DNA from: Escherichia phage ECBP2
DNA length: 64,000 nucleotides
Sequence record: NC_018859.1
Direction: 5' to 3' (one strand)
The notes under the pieces were generated by a model. The model made no database searches and had not been told where the DNA came from. It saw only the letters and a program-made list of their open reading frames with translations. Positions within the stretch are counted from its first letter, which is position 1, and each line of letters starts with the position of its first letter. Positions 20,378-28,763 of this stretch are shown here, piece after piece. A program made the translations under genes and the position numbers.

Positions 20378-21027
20378 TATTGAATCATCCCTTGAAGATC
20401 TTCTTTATCAAAGTGCTTCTCTACTACCGCTTCATACAGATCACGATTCTCTGCATAACGGCGATAGAAAGTTCCGTGTGAAATTCCCAGCTCCTGCTGG
20501 ATGTGATCATGAGGTATTCCAAGGAAGAGCATAGAGAACATGCTTGCCATTTTCTTGGTATCCATAATATCACTTAAGTCTTGGAAGAAGAAAAAGATTC
20601 TAGATTCCAAGAATGGGTCTCCAGTAGAGTCATGCTTATCCATCGCAATCTCTAAAGGACTTTCCCACGAGTTCATCTCAGGAGGTCTAAACATATCAGC
20701 CTCTGGAATAGAGTAGATACGTCGGTCTCCAACTGTCTGACGGTTAGAACGAATTGACCAGATGATATTCTTAACACGATAAGTCATGTGCTCAATATCT
20801 TTTTCATCAGTGAGCAGAAGTTCTTCTTGCTTTGCAAACACAAAACGCCAAGCGTTCAGTAACACTTCCTGAGCAACATCCTCTGCTTCGTGATAATCTT
20901 TAATGTCATACATAAAATACTTATGCACAACTTTCCAGTTCTCCCGATAGAATTCATCGAAGGTTGGATAATACTTAATAGGAATGCCATGAATACGATA
21001 GCGTGTAGGTGTTGTCTTTTTCTTCAT
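20377..21027 (-). CDS. ECF-like sigma factor
   Basis: Region 2-like [17 protein letters not shown] and region 4 HTH-like [27 protein letters not shown]. Confidence 0.75.
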   Translation of the reverse strand: MKKKTTPTRYRIHGIPIKYYPTFDEFYRENWKVVHKYFMYDIKDYHEAEDVAQEVLLNAWRFVFAKQEELLLTDEKDIEHMTYRVKNIIWSIRSNRQTVGDRRIYSIPEADMFRPPEMNSWESPLEIAMDKHDSTGDPFLESRIFFFFQDLSDIMDTKKMASMFSMLFLGIPHDHIQQELGISHGTFYRRYAENRDLYEAVVEKHFDKEDLQGMIQ

Positions 21028-21051
21028 AAGTCGTCCTTAACTTACTTTACA

Positions 21052-21276
21052 TTAAACTACGCAGAATAAATACATAGCCGTTTCAGGGCAAGGGATGGCT
21101 GTCTGAATGCCACTCACTTTAATCCACATATCCTCTTCAGAGTCATAATAGGCCCAATAGGATTGATCTCCATCTACAAAGAACTTAAAGGTTCGTCCCC
21201 AAATCTGGTTGTTATACTCCCATACTGCATGAAATTGAGTAACACCTTCTGGTATTGTAAGTTCCGCTCTGATCAT
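21052..21276 (-). CDS. Hypothetical protein
   Basis: 74 aa ORF with an ATGA overlap onto the upstream gene. Confidence 0.5.
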   Translation of the reverse strand: MIRAELTIPEGVTQFHAVWEYNNQIWGRTFKFFVDGDQSYWAYYDSEEDMWIKVSGIQTAIPCPETAMYLFCVV

Positions 21277-21533
21277 TGTATCCCTCTCTTCTTGAGAGCT
21301 TTCAGTAAACCATTATGGTTAGCAGCACAGGTTGTGTAGTTGTCCTGATACCACTCTAATGTTGTTGCAAATGCCACTCCCTGTGCACTCTGAAGCAAAG
21401 GGAGATCAACATCACATTCAGCTTTTAGGTTTGTTGGTAAGGGCACTAGCTGCCTGCTGTTGTCGCTCGTTGAACAAGCTGACAAATTCATCGCTAGCAC
21501 ACACATTGTAAAAAACTGGCTTAGTCTTTTCAT
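21273..21533 (-). CDS. Outer-membrane spanin subunit (o-spanin, lipoprotein)
   Basis: Signal peptide with lipobox LSAC. The ORF starts inside the i-spanin gene in another frame, the classic overlapped Rz/Rz1 arrangement. Confidence 0.65.
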   Translation of the reverse strand: MKRLSQFFTMCVLAMNLSACSTSDNSRQLVPLPTNLKAECDVDLPLLQSAQGVAFATTLEWYQDNYTTCAANHNGLLKALKKRGIQ

Positions 21534-21765
21534 AATGCATCTCTTTGTAAATAGTTTCTGTGTTCTTCTTCCAGTTTGATAAACCAGTTAGAACTTTCTG
21601 AGCTACTTCATCAGCAGCCTTAGCTCTCTCTATCTCTATCTCTTGCTGTTTCTTCTCTTGGTCAAGAGCATTACTATCATTTCGATATTGCTCAAACTTC
21701 ATACCACCAAAGAAAACCAGAGCTGTAAAGATTAAGAAGCCGATATTATTTTGAAGCTTTTCCAT
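21418..21765 (-). CDS. Inner-membrane spanin subunit (i-spanin)
   Basis: N-terminal TM IGFLIFTALVFFGG followed by a charged coiled coil. The start is set at MEKLQ because the upstream alternative start lies inside the terminator hairpin. Confidence 0.6.
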   Translation of the reverse strand: MEKLQNNIGFLIFTALVFFGGMKFEQYRNDSNALDQEKKQQEIEIERAKAADEVAQKVLTGLSNWKKNTETIYKEMHYEKTKPVFYNVCASDEFVSLFNERQQQAASALTNKPKS

Positions 21766-21776
21766 TTTAACTCCAA

Positions 21777-21801
21777 CGAAAAAAGCCACCCGAAGGTGGC
21801 T
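21777..21801 (-). terminator. Rho-independent terminator after SSB-like gene
   Basis: Minus strand reads AGCCACC-TTCG-GGTGGCT followed by TTTTTT. Confidence 0.75.
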
Positions 21802-21824
21802 AAGCTATTACAAGGAGAGATTCA

Positions 21825-22565
21825 TTAGAAAGGGCTGTCATCTTCTTCAAAGGTAGATTGCGGCTCTTCATTAATAGTAGGGATACTTGGAGTCGCGTCT
21901 TTCTGTTCAGTGTCAGAAGCGCGAGTAACTTCACGACCGGCCAGAGGAATGTTTTTAGCATCGTTAGCTTGAGTCAGAAGGTTACGTTGGAATGGAAACA
22001 TAGCTTGATAAGCAGCCAAGTTGGCGTCAGTTTCAGCGTACGGTTCGAAGAAGATAAGGTCGCTACGAGGAGCACCTACTGCATCACGATACTTGGTCGG
22101 GATTGGAGTGATGCTCTTGATGGAGTTTTTCTTCTCACCAGCTTTGTTGGTGTAAGAGTTAACTAGAATGTTGACAGGCTGACCAAGCAGCATATCTTTG
22201 AACCAACCCAAATCACCTTTCAGTGCTTGAACACTTGGGTCGATCATTTTAATTAGGTTCAGAATACCAGAGTTCTTAGCTCGTGGGTTTACATCGAAGG
22301 ATTTAAACTGACAAGCAGGACGTGGGTCCAATGCCTTACCATCACTATCTGTACCAGTTGCGTCAACACCAATCAGTTCAAATGCCAAGTCCATACGGAA
22401 AGCTGGGTTCTTAGGAGTAACTGCTTTGGTCTTAGGGTCAATCCAAGGGTCACGATTGTGAACACCTAAACCTACTACACGAACAATTCGTGCTTCGTAC
22501 TCGCCATCAGGGATTACATCGTAGTTGGATTTACGGGATACAGACAGTTCAGGGATCATAGACAT
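21825..22565 (-). CDS. ssDNA-binding protein, T7 gp2.5-like
   Basis: Size and the acidic C-terminal tail ending in aromatic F (STFEEDDSPF) match gp2.5-type SSBs. First gene behind a TAATGTATA motif. Confidence 0.5.
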   Translation of the reverse strand: MSMIPELSVSRKSNYDVIPDGEYEARIVRVVGLGVHNRDPWIDPKTKAVTPKNPAFRMDLAFELIGVDATGTDSDGKALDPRPACQFKSFDVNPRAKNSGILNLIKMIDPSVQALKGDLGWFKDMLLGQPVNILVNSYTNKAGEKKNSIKSITPIPTKYRDAVGAPRSDLIFFEPYAETDANLAAYQAMFPFQRNLLTQANDAKNIPLAGREVTRASDTEQKDATPSIPTINEEPQSTFEEDDSPF

Positions 22566-22624
22566 ATTAATATTTCCTTATATAAATTTAAGATTGTTGC
22601 TCTCTTTGAGCGGTTGGTATACTA

Positions 22625-22633
22625 TATACATTA
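22625..22633 (-). promoter_or_regulatory. TAATGTATA motif (candidate phage-sigma promoter) driving the SSB-like gene leftward
   Basis: Minus strand reads GGTGTAATGTATATAGT, 60 nt upstream of the ATG at 22565. Confidence 0.5.
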
Positions 22634-22695
22634 CACCTATACAGATAAGGTTCTATTATACTATAACCTTTTTGGTAGTAGATAACAGTAAGTAG

Positions 22696-22704
22696 TAATG
22701 TATA
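22696..22704 (+). promoter_or_regulatory. Inverted second copy of TAATGTATA motif facing rightward
   Basis: GTAATGTATATA at 22695-22706 is a perfect 12-nt inverted copy of 22623-22634. It faces a structured ORF-free 200 nt segment. Confidence 0.35.
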
Positions 22705-22913
22705 TATGGTATAGTTAGTAAAACTATTGCACGGGACCGACGACTATAAGGCGCGGACAACCACCTCTCATAAGTTTGTTAGAAATTGAGAGACTACCGG
22801 AAGGGCAGGAGACACCTGCGAGATAAAAATAGAGAATTAAGGAAATCCTTGATTTAGGTTGAGGACTCCTAGGACTTTGATTCTCTATTAAAATCAAAAG
22901 AAAACTAATTAAC

Positions 22914-23492
22914 TTACCATTCAATAAACTGATTTAGATTAGTATACTTAACTTCTCTCTGAAACTGAAGATTAGATTCTCTCTGTTTAGTAAGAAGATT
23001 AAGTTCATCTTCCTTTCTTTTATCAAACTCTTTTCTAATCTCTTGCAGAGACACAGCTCTGTAATCAATTTGTTCCATAGAAGTACAAAAGTATCTCCAA
23101 TCTTTGATAGTAGAGTTATGAGTATGAGCATAGATATTATACTTTCCTCTCATTTCATCAGAGTGAATAGGAATATGAGTTACCCAAAACTCTTTGTACT
23201 TATAATCACCACTGATGTGTCTAAAGACTTTCATCATATCAGGGAGAAGTTCTAATCTGTCATGATTTCCTAAGACAAGATGTTTCTCTCCTTTTACTTC
23301 AGCGATGATATCAAGGGCATACTTTTCAAACACCCAATCACCGGTAAAGAAAGTTTTATCACGTTTAGTAACATGGTCAAACGCTGCTAAGATAGCTTTG
23401 TCGTGTTCTTCAATACTACTAAACCTCTTCCTAAAGCTACAGATGTTACGATGGCCTAGGTGACCATCACCTGCAAAATAAACTTCAGCCAT
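22914..23492 (-). CDS. Metallophosphoesterase (calcineurin-like phosphatase)
   Basis: Motifs YFAGDGHLGH, FTGDW and VLGNHD. Start MAEVYF overlaps the upstream stop (ATGGCTGA). Confidence 0.75.
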   Translation of the reverse strand: MAEVYFAGDGHLGHRNICSFRKRFSSIEEHDKAILAAFDHVTKRDKTFFTGDWVFEKYALDIIAEVKGEKHLVLGNHDRLELLPDMMKVFRHISGDYKYKEFWVTHIPIHSDEMRGKYNIYAHTHNSTIKDWRYFCTSMEQIDYRAVSLQEIRKEFDKRKEDELNLLTKQRESNLQFQREVKYTNLNQFIEW

Positions 23493-23652
23493 TCTCGTAT
23501 GTGTCCTCATAATATGAGTAGTTGAAGGATTCAGCTTTCGTTTCAGCCTCCTCCATATCGTCTGTTTCCAGAATCACTCTCCAGCCAGAACCGTTAGGAT
23601 ATTCAGCTCCCTCATCTAGCCAGACTTTGTATCGTTTAGATTGTGCAACCAT
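23485..23652 (-). CDS. Small acidic protein (paralogue of 24220..24399)
   Basis: Shared pattern with its paralogue: KY.VW..E......GW...L.TDD.EEAE......NY..YYE. Confidence 0.45.
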   Translation of the reverse strand: MVAQSKRYKVWLDEGAEYPNGSGWRVILETDDMEEAETKAESFNYSYYEDTYENG

Positions 23653-23839
23653 CGCAGATGTAATCTCCACTAAGAGACTCTTGTAGGAGTCGAGATTGCT
23701 CATCGGCATACAGAGCATCAATTTCTTCCTTGAGCTTTGCAAGTTCTACGAAGTTTATCAATTGACCATAATCCGTCGCATCAGTGACGAATTGAAACAA
23801 ACCTTTACCTTCAGCTTTAACAATATACTCTTTAGACAT
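23636..23839 (-). CDS. Hypothetical protein
   Basis: 67 aa ORF in the coupled array. Confidence 0.45.
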   Translation of the reverse strand: MSKEYIVKAEGKGLFQFVTDATDYGQLINFVELAKLKEEIDALYADEQSRLLQESLSGDYICDGCTI

Positions 23840-24063
23840 TATAAGATCTCCCTTTGTTTGCTGTTAATGACCGTCATCGCTGTGACTGGATTGTTTGTTC
23901 CAAGATATTCCAGAACAGGGACACCCTTAGTCGGTTTATCAGCCTCTGTGTAATTCTTAACCTTGCCACCAAGAACCGCTAGAGAAGCCTGAGCTTCCGC
24001 TTCATCATAGTGAATTCGGTCAACTGTTTTCTTTCCAATCCTATAAGTGTGAACGTAAATCAT
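23839..24063 (-). CDS. Hypothetical protein
   Basis: 74 aa ORF with start/stop overlaps on both sides. Confidence 0.45.
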   Translation of the reverse strand: MIYVHTYRIGKKTVDRIHYDEAEAQASLAVLGGKVKNYTEADKPTKGVPVLEYLGTNNPVTAMTVINSKQREIL

Positions 24064-24266
24064 TTAACTTCCTCAATATCAACTAATTCAAAACTTCCTA
24101 TTTCTTCAAGCTTAATAATCTCTTTAACCTTCTCAACAGCTTTAATAGGGTTTTCTTCTTCTACAACTTTACACCCTGATACTTCAAGACTGCCTGTTCC
24201 ACGAAGGTATAAATTCAACTTATAAACTACTTTGTAGTATTTCATCGTGCTCCCAATTTCTTTCAT
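24060..24266 (-). CDS. Hypothetical protein
   Basis: 68 aa ORF with an ATGA overlap. Confidence 0.45.
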   Translation of the reverse strand: MKEIGSTMKYYKVVYKLNLYLRGTGSLEVSGCKVVEEENPIKAVEKVKEIIKLEEIGSFELVDIEEVK

Positions 24267-24399
24267 AATATCCAGAGTTGTAGTTTAGGGCGCATTTCTC
24301 GGCCTCTTCTATGTCATCTGTGTTTAGGATATTAACCCAACCACCAACTTCATCAAAACCCTCTTCTTCTTCATTAAACCATACGCTGTATTTCTTCAT
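24220..24399 (-). CDS. Small acidic protein (paralogue of 23485..23652)
   Basis: Start MKKYSVWF. Paralogue pattern as for 23485..23652. Confidence 0.45.
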   Translation of the reverse strand: MKKYSVWFNEEEEGFDEVGGWVNILNTDDIEEAEKCALNYNSGYYERNWEHDEILQSSL

Positions 24400-24575
24400 C
24401 TTGATAAGACTCTCCCCCAATCCTTGATGTAACAGCGACCGTCAACCCACTTTGTATCTGACTTAAATTCTTGAGACAGTCTCACTTCACAATCTTCTCT
24501 ACTGGCATCCCCTCCGATATCAATCAGATACAGGAATAGGGCTATACCTAAAGCCCAAAGAATTAACTTCTTCAT
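24396..24575 (-). CDS. Small membrane protein (59 aa, below ORF-track cutoff)
   Basis: MKKLILWALGIALFLYLIDIGG... ATGA overlaps at both ends fill an otherwise empty 150 nt gap. Confidence 0.4.
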   Translation of the reverse strand: MKKLILWALGIALFLYLIDIGGDASREDCEVRLSQEFKSDTKWVDGRCYIKDWGRVLSR

Positions 24576-24964
24576 CGTATCACCAGAGGCTCTTCAGAGT
24601 ATACAGGAGAGGCTATTTCTACCGGAGGTGCTGCTCTAAGGTCATTAAGCCTTACGCCCTTCAGCATACCATCTAGGTGGTCCATTTTAGGGATACCTAC
24701 AGGGAAGTCATCAATCCAAACATCCACAAAGAAACCCAAGCTCTGGGTGACGGAATCCTTCTGAACACCGTTGCAAAAGATAACAGGAATATCTAGACTT
24801 GCTGCATCTGCTAGAAGCTCCTCATTTGAATACCCATTGGGTTGAGCAAAACGATAGGTGACAATACGTACATCATGTCCACGAGATTTCATAAGACCTA
24901 CAATGTGGGTCCACATCTCTTTGTCCACTGTAAAAGTATCATCATAATCTAAACCAATATTCAT
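24572..24964 (-). CDS. HAD-superfamily phosphatase-like protein (possible 5' nucleotidase)
   Basis: N-terminal DxDxT motif (GLDYDDTFT) and a late acidic motif (VWIDDFP). SD AAGAGG. Confidence 0.55.
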   Translation of the reverse strand: MNIGLDYDDTFTVDKEMWTHIVGLMKSRGHDVRIVTYRFAQPNGYSNEELLADAASLDIPVIFCNGVQKDSVTQSLGFFVDVWIDDFPVGIPKMDHLDGMLKGVRLNDLRAAPPVEIASPVYSEEPLVIR

Positions 24965-24981
24965 ATTAGCCTCTTAGACAA

Positions 24982-25003
24982 GAAAAGCCACCCGAAGGTA
25001 GCT
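24982..25003 (-). terminator. Rho-independent terminator
   Basis: Minus strand reads AGCTACC-TTCG-GGTGGCT followed by TTTTCTT. Confidence 0.65.
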
Positions 25004-25245
25004 TATTTATTTTGTGTTTCCAGCTCGATAATACGAACCTTCAATCCATTGATTTCTGCATCAGCAGCTTCTAACTTAATCAAACTTTCTTCAGCGTTAG
25101 CTTCAATCTGGATAACAGCAGTAGTCAGTTCATACAAAGCTTGACGTAAGGTATCCTTACCCATAGAGTGAATCTGTGCAAGGAGGTGTTGTTTACCTTC
25201 AGATGTTTCCAGAGTTTCTTTTAATTCTTTAGAGGTTAGAGTCAC
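25003..25245 (-). CDS. Coiled-coil protein
   Basis: GTG start after AAAGGAA. 80 aa helical heptad sequence. Confidence 0.45.
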   Translation of the reverse strand: MTLTSKELKETLETSEGKQHLLAQIHSMGKDTLRQALYELTTAVIQIEANAEESLIKLEAADAEINGLKVRIIELETQNK

Positions 25246-25247
25246 TA

Positions 25248-25415
25248 TTAATTCCTTTCGTAGATTTTGAGAACTGTACCACCATCTTCTTCAATCTGAG
25301 CAACGACTTCATCGCGTTCTTCATCAGAATAAACTAGTTGGTTATGAAATTTACCAGTGGAGTCTTGATAATAGATATTCCACTTTGGAGCAGGTTTACG
25401 AATCAGGTCCATCAT
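25248..25415 (-). CDS. Hypothetical small protein
   Basis: The start is moved to MMDLIRK because AGGAGA lies 8 nt upstream. Confidence 0.4.
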   Translation of the reverse strand: MMDLIRKPAPKWNIYYQDSTGKFHNQLVYSDEERDEVVAQIEEDGGTVLKIYERN

Positions 25416-25546
25416 TTGGCTTTCTCCTCTCGTTCTACCCATGTTTGAAATAATTCACCGTAATCTTTGGCGTCTTCAAAACGCCCTTCATCCTGTGCGA
25501 GCTTCTGTTGATTCAAGCACCATTCAGAACTTTTTACTTCTTCCAC
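25412..25546 (-). CDS. Hypothetical small protein (44 aa, below ORF-track cutoff)
   Basis: GTG start 8 nt after AAGGAG. The stop overlaps the next start (ATGA). Confidence 0.3.
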   Translation of the reverse strand: MEEVKSSEWCLNQQKLAQDEGRFEDAKDYGELFQTWVEREEKAK

Positions 25547-25627
25547 TTCCTTGTCTCCTTAAAAAGAACTAATCAATAAGACTAGTTCATTTCGTAATAC
25601 CATTCAACTCTTCCACTGAACTAATCA

Positions 25628-25939
25628 CTACTTCTCCACCACAAAGAGGTTAACTTCAATGAAAGTTTCGTATTGTGTTGACTCCTGCTTACGGGTGTAG
25701 TAGAAATGACGACCTTCTAATGCACCTCCGTACTGAGTGGCACATCTTTTAACCATCTCTTTTATCACATCTATAACTGATACGCCTTTCCACGGACGTA
25801 ACCCATGAGTAGGAATTTCTGCTGTGCAGGTTACTTGTGTATAACCTACATCTTGTAGAGGTGTCTCAAGAATCAGCTTTGCCCAAGCATCAAAATTAAG
25901 CTTGGGGTTATATTTAACTTCAGTTTTGATATCAATCAT
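25628..25939 (-). CDS. Hypothetical protein
   Basis: 103 aa. The start overlaps the stop of the polymerase 3' exon (TAATG). Confidence 0.5.
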   Translation of the reverse strand: MIDIKTEVKYNPKLNFDAWAKLILETPLQDVGYTQVTCTAEIPTHGLRPWKGVSVIDVIKEMVKRCATQYGGALEGRHFYYTRKQESTQYETFIEVNLFVVEK

Positions 25940-26091
25940 TAGTGAGTATGATTCCAGTTTAATCCAATCTTACAATCAGATGCAAGAGGACATTCCATCT
26001 TGAGATATTCCCCTGCTTTACGGACACACTCTTCAGTGAGAGTGCGCAGAATATTAACATCATCACGATGTACAGTGAACTGGCCTTCATC
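25939..26091 (-). CDS. DNA polymerase (family A) exon 2 / C-terminal fragment
   Basis: Reads DEGQFTVHRDDVNILRTLTEECVRKAGEYLKMECPLASDCKIGLNWNHTH*, which is the remainder of motif C (HDE) plus the conserved PolA C-terminus ending in H. Confidence 0.75.
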   Translation of the reverse strand, partial: DEGQFTVHRDDVNILRTLTEECVRKAGEYLKMECPLASDCKIGLNWNHTH

Positions 26092-26698
26092 CATTCAGTT
26101 ATTCCCAAATTACTTCGGGTGTCGGACTATATCATAACAGCATAGCTAATTTGCTGTTGTTGGCGCTTCGAGGGTTTCCCTGTTAACCCCCTACTCCCTT
26201 AGGATAGTCTCTACACTTTCCACTTCCGAATCCATCTACAACCGATTCCGAAGCTCACACCAAACTTCTCTGCAAGATGTACACCAGAGCATTCTGTTTC
26301 TAGCCAATAGAGCCTTGCAGCCTCTTGCCTATCTCCATTTCTTCCAGTGTTTGATTCTATTGCATGTTCTGAACCTTCAAGCATTTCTAAGTGCTCAAGA
26401 TTGGAACAAGCTCTATTCTTGCATTTGTGATTTATTTCATAACCGTCAGGAATAGAACCAAAAGATTCTTCCCAAACATGCCTGTGATACATGACCCATT
26501 TGCCATCTATTACTTTTCTGAAATAACCATTTTTATTAAGTTTGTGTGAGATAGGGATGATACACCCTGTTTCGGTTGTTTCCAAAACAAGAGTTTTCTT
26601 AGCCATATCATCTCCTAATAGCTTAGCTCGGTATTGCCCTCAACTTAATGGTAGGGTTTCACCGAGTTCACCAACTTTTACATGCACAATGAAAGTTT
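26092..26698 (-). mobile_element. Group I intron (607 nt) in DNA polymerase motif C, carrying an HNH homing endonuclease gene
   Basis: Exon 1 ends in U. Intron nt 12-19 (GUGCAUGU) pair with the last 8 exon nt (ACAUGCAU), giving a terminal U.G wobble (P1). Intron nt 6-11 (UUCAUU) pair with the exon 2 start GAUGAA (P10). The intron ends in G. Splicing restores VIDMH-DEGQF. Confidence 0.7.
26211..26606 (-). CDS. Intron-encoded HNH homing endonuclease
   Basis: HRHVWE...EINHKCKNRACSNLEHLE (HNH_3/I-HmuI-like) with a C-terminal HTH-like segment. Own SD is AGGAGA. Confidence 0.8.
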   Translation of the reverse strand: MAKKTLVLETTETGCIIPISHKLNKNGYFRKVIDGKWVMYHRHVWEESFGSIPDGYEINHKCKNRACSNLEHLEMLEGSEHAIESNTGRNGDRQEAARLYWLETECSGVHLAEKFGVSFGIGCRWIRKWKV

Positions 26699-28393
26699 AT
26701 GCATGTCGATAACCTTCGCACAACGAACACCATCACGCTCAATCCATTTATTGAGGAATAGCATTGCATACTTCATAACAATCGCCCCAGCGCTCTGTAA
26801 GAGCGTATTTAAGGCTTTATGGACCATAACCTTTCCAGTTGCATCTCTTCTCATTGTAATACGACGTCCATCCACACCGTAGATGTATCCACTTTGTGCT
26901 TTCTCGGTCATACGTTCAATAAGGATTGCAATACAAGGATTCTCTGCTAAGAATCTTGCTCTCATAATAGCCCCTTCGTCAGAGCCACCACCTACGATAC
27001 TTCCTAGTTTAGCGTCACCTGCCCCATAGTTAAAGGCATATATAAACGTCTTAGCGTTATCGCGAGTAGGAAGACCAGCAAGTTTTTGGTTATGTGAGTG
27101 AATATCTCCTTCTAAAAGAATATCTCTGTACATAACAGCAGAAGCTAGACCACGTTCAGCTTCTCGTTTCTTAGCTGGGTTGTTTTCTCGCTCTGCTTCA
27201 GCGAGCATCTCACGACATTCTTTAATAAGGTAGTGAGCTAGCATCCTCAGCTCAAGACCAGAGCCATCGTAACCTAAGAAGATTTCACGACCAGCAGGTA
27301 CATAGAACTTATAGGCACCTACAGGTTTGTCTTTCTTGCCCGGTTTTCCCACTTCGTAGATAATGTTAGTACCTTTTCGTACGTAACACCCATCAGGGAT
27401 ATGGTTGGTAATGATGAAAGGATAGTTATGACTATCGTCTGAGGAATAGTCAGATTGAAAAAGACTGCGGCACTCGTGACCAAACAAACCGCGAGAAGGA
27501 ATATTAACAACAATACGGTGTTTAAAACGAAATGTCGGAGTAGCGCAGCTATTAGCTTCGGCGGACAACTTACCATCTTCTCGTTCCTTGTCTATAAGAC
27601 CATTAATCAAGCCAAGCCTGTGAGCCGCTACAACACGTCTCTTAAGCAAACCTCCCACACCCCCTAGCTCACCCCCAAGACCTTCTTCAAGCGTCTCCTC
27701 GAGGTTTGTAGGAGCTGTAGGCCACTTGTTTGACATGGCTAAAGCTTTCTTAATTTCATCAAAGGTTACAGGCTTCTTCCTGTTCGGATTCAAGCCTAAA
27801 CCACTGACGTAGGCTTTCATGTAGTTGACAGTGTGATAACGGAAGTGTTTATCCAAGAACCGACGAATGTCAGCATCAATCATCTCAGCTGTCTGTTTTT
27901 CTTTAGCGTTTCCTCGCATCCAAGCAGAATACCAAGCAGCATATGTGCCATACTTCTTCATCGCTTTACGGATTTCGTAAGTATTCCAAGGTTTCTTGGA
28001 TGTGTTCCACTCTGGAGGAATGAAGCCTTCATCCATCAAGGCTTCTTTGATACGTGCATCTTTCGATGGGTCGAAGTCTACATACTCAACGCAAGTAAAC
28101 GCCCCACCGATATCTTCTCTTTTAAGACCAACTCTGTCACAATAAAGCTGAGGCCACTTCTGTAAAGCACCTGACTTCTTAAAAGGTTTCGAATAAGTTG
28201 AACCATCCACCCGCATTTTGGGGAGGAGAGGAATCAGTTCTTTATCAATATTGACAATAATCTCTTTGAGAAGGTGAACAAACCACCGAGCGTTTCTTCT
28301 GTGGAAGTTGACGCCATGCTTCGCCTGCTTTGAGATTATATCAGCGACTGTCATCTCCGTTATGAAAGGTAACTTATCAGGGTTATCCATCAC
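26699..28393 (-). CDS. DNA polymerase (family A, T7-like) exon 1: polymerase domain without 3'-5' exonuclease
   Basis: Motif A YDGSGLELRMLAH and motif B DNAKTFIYAFNYGAG. The ORF reads through only 6 codons past ...VIDMH. SD AAGGAG. Confidence 0.85.
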
Positions 28394-28406
28394 CCACTCC
28401 TTATAG

Positions 28407-28760
28407 TTATTGATATATTAAATCAGTGAACGCTTGGTTATCCTCAACGATATCTAACTGTTCGTAGGATTCCGTTAGTTCATCCACATAAAAGACTGCT
28501 GGAATATCTTCTGCTCGCTGTCTACGAGCTTCTCTTCGTTCGTTACTGTTCCTCTGAACCTGTGCAAGTTTCATACCCCACACCTGCTCATACAACTCAG
28601 GATACTTATCACTAACCACTACAAAGTTTCGAGCTGGTTGGTTTCGGTTAATCTTCGCTGTTAATTCAATAAACTGACGAAACTCTTGAATGGAGAGGTT
28701 GTCATGAATATTGTCCCATTTGAGAACGCAGTGACGTTCTAGGCGTTGAGGTACTGGCAT
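28407..28760 (-). CDS. Hypothetical protein
   Basis: 117 aa ORF in the coupled array. Confidence 0.5.
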   Translation of the reverse strand: MPVPQRLERHCVLKWDNIHDNLSIQEFRQFIELTAKINRNQPARNFVVVSDKYPELYEQVWGMKLAQVQRNSNERREARRQRAEDIPAVFYVDELTESYEQLDIVEDNQAFTDLIYQ

Positions 28761-28763
28761 AAC

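Noticed and set aside
22724-22924. 66-aa ORF on the minus strand in the 22.6-22.9 kb spacer
   Set aside because: There is no SD and the peptide is implausible. It would start inside the 3' end of the phosphoesterase gene. The region is better explained by RNA or DNA structure.
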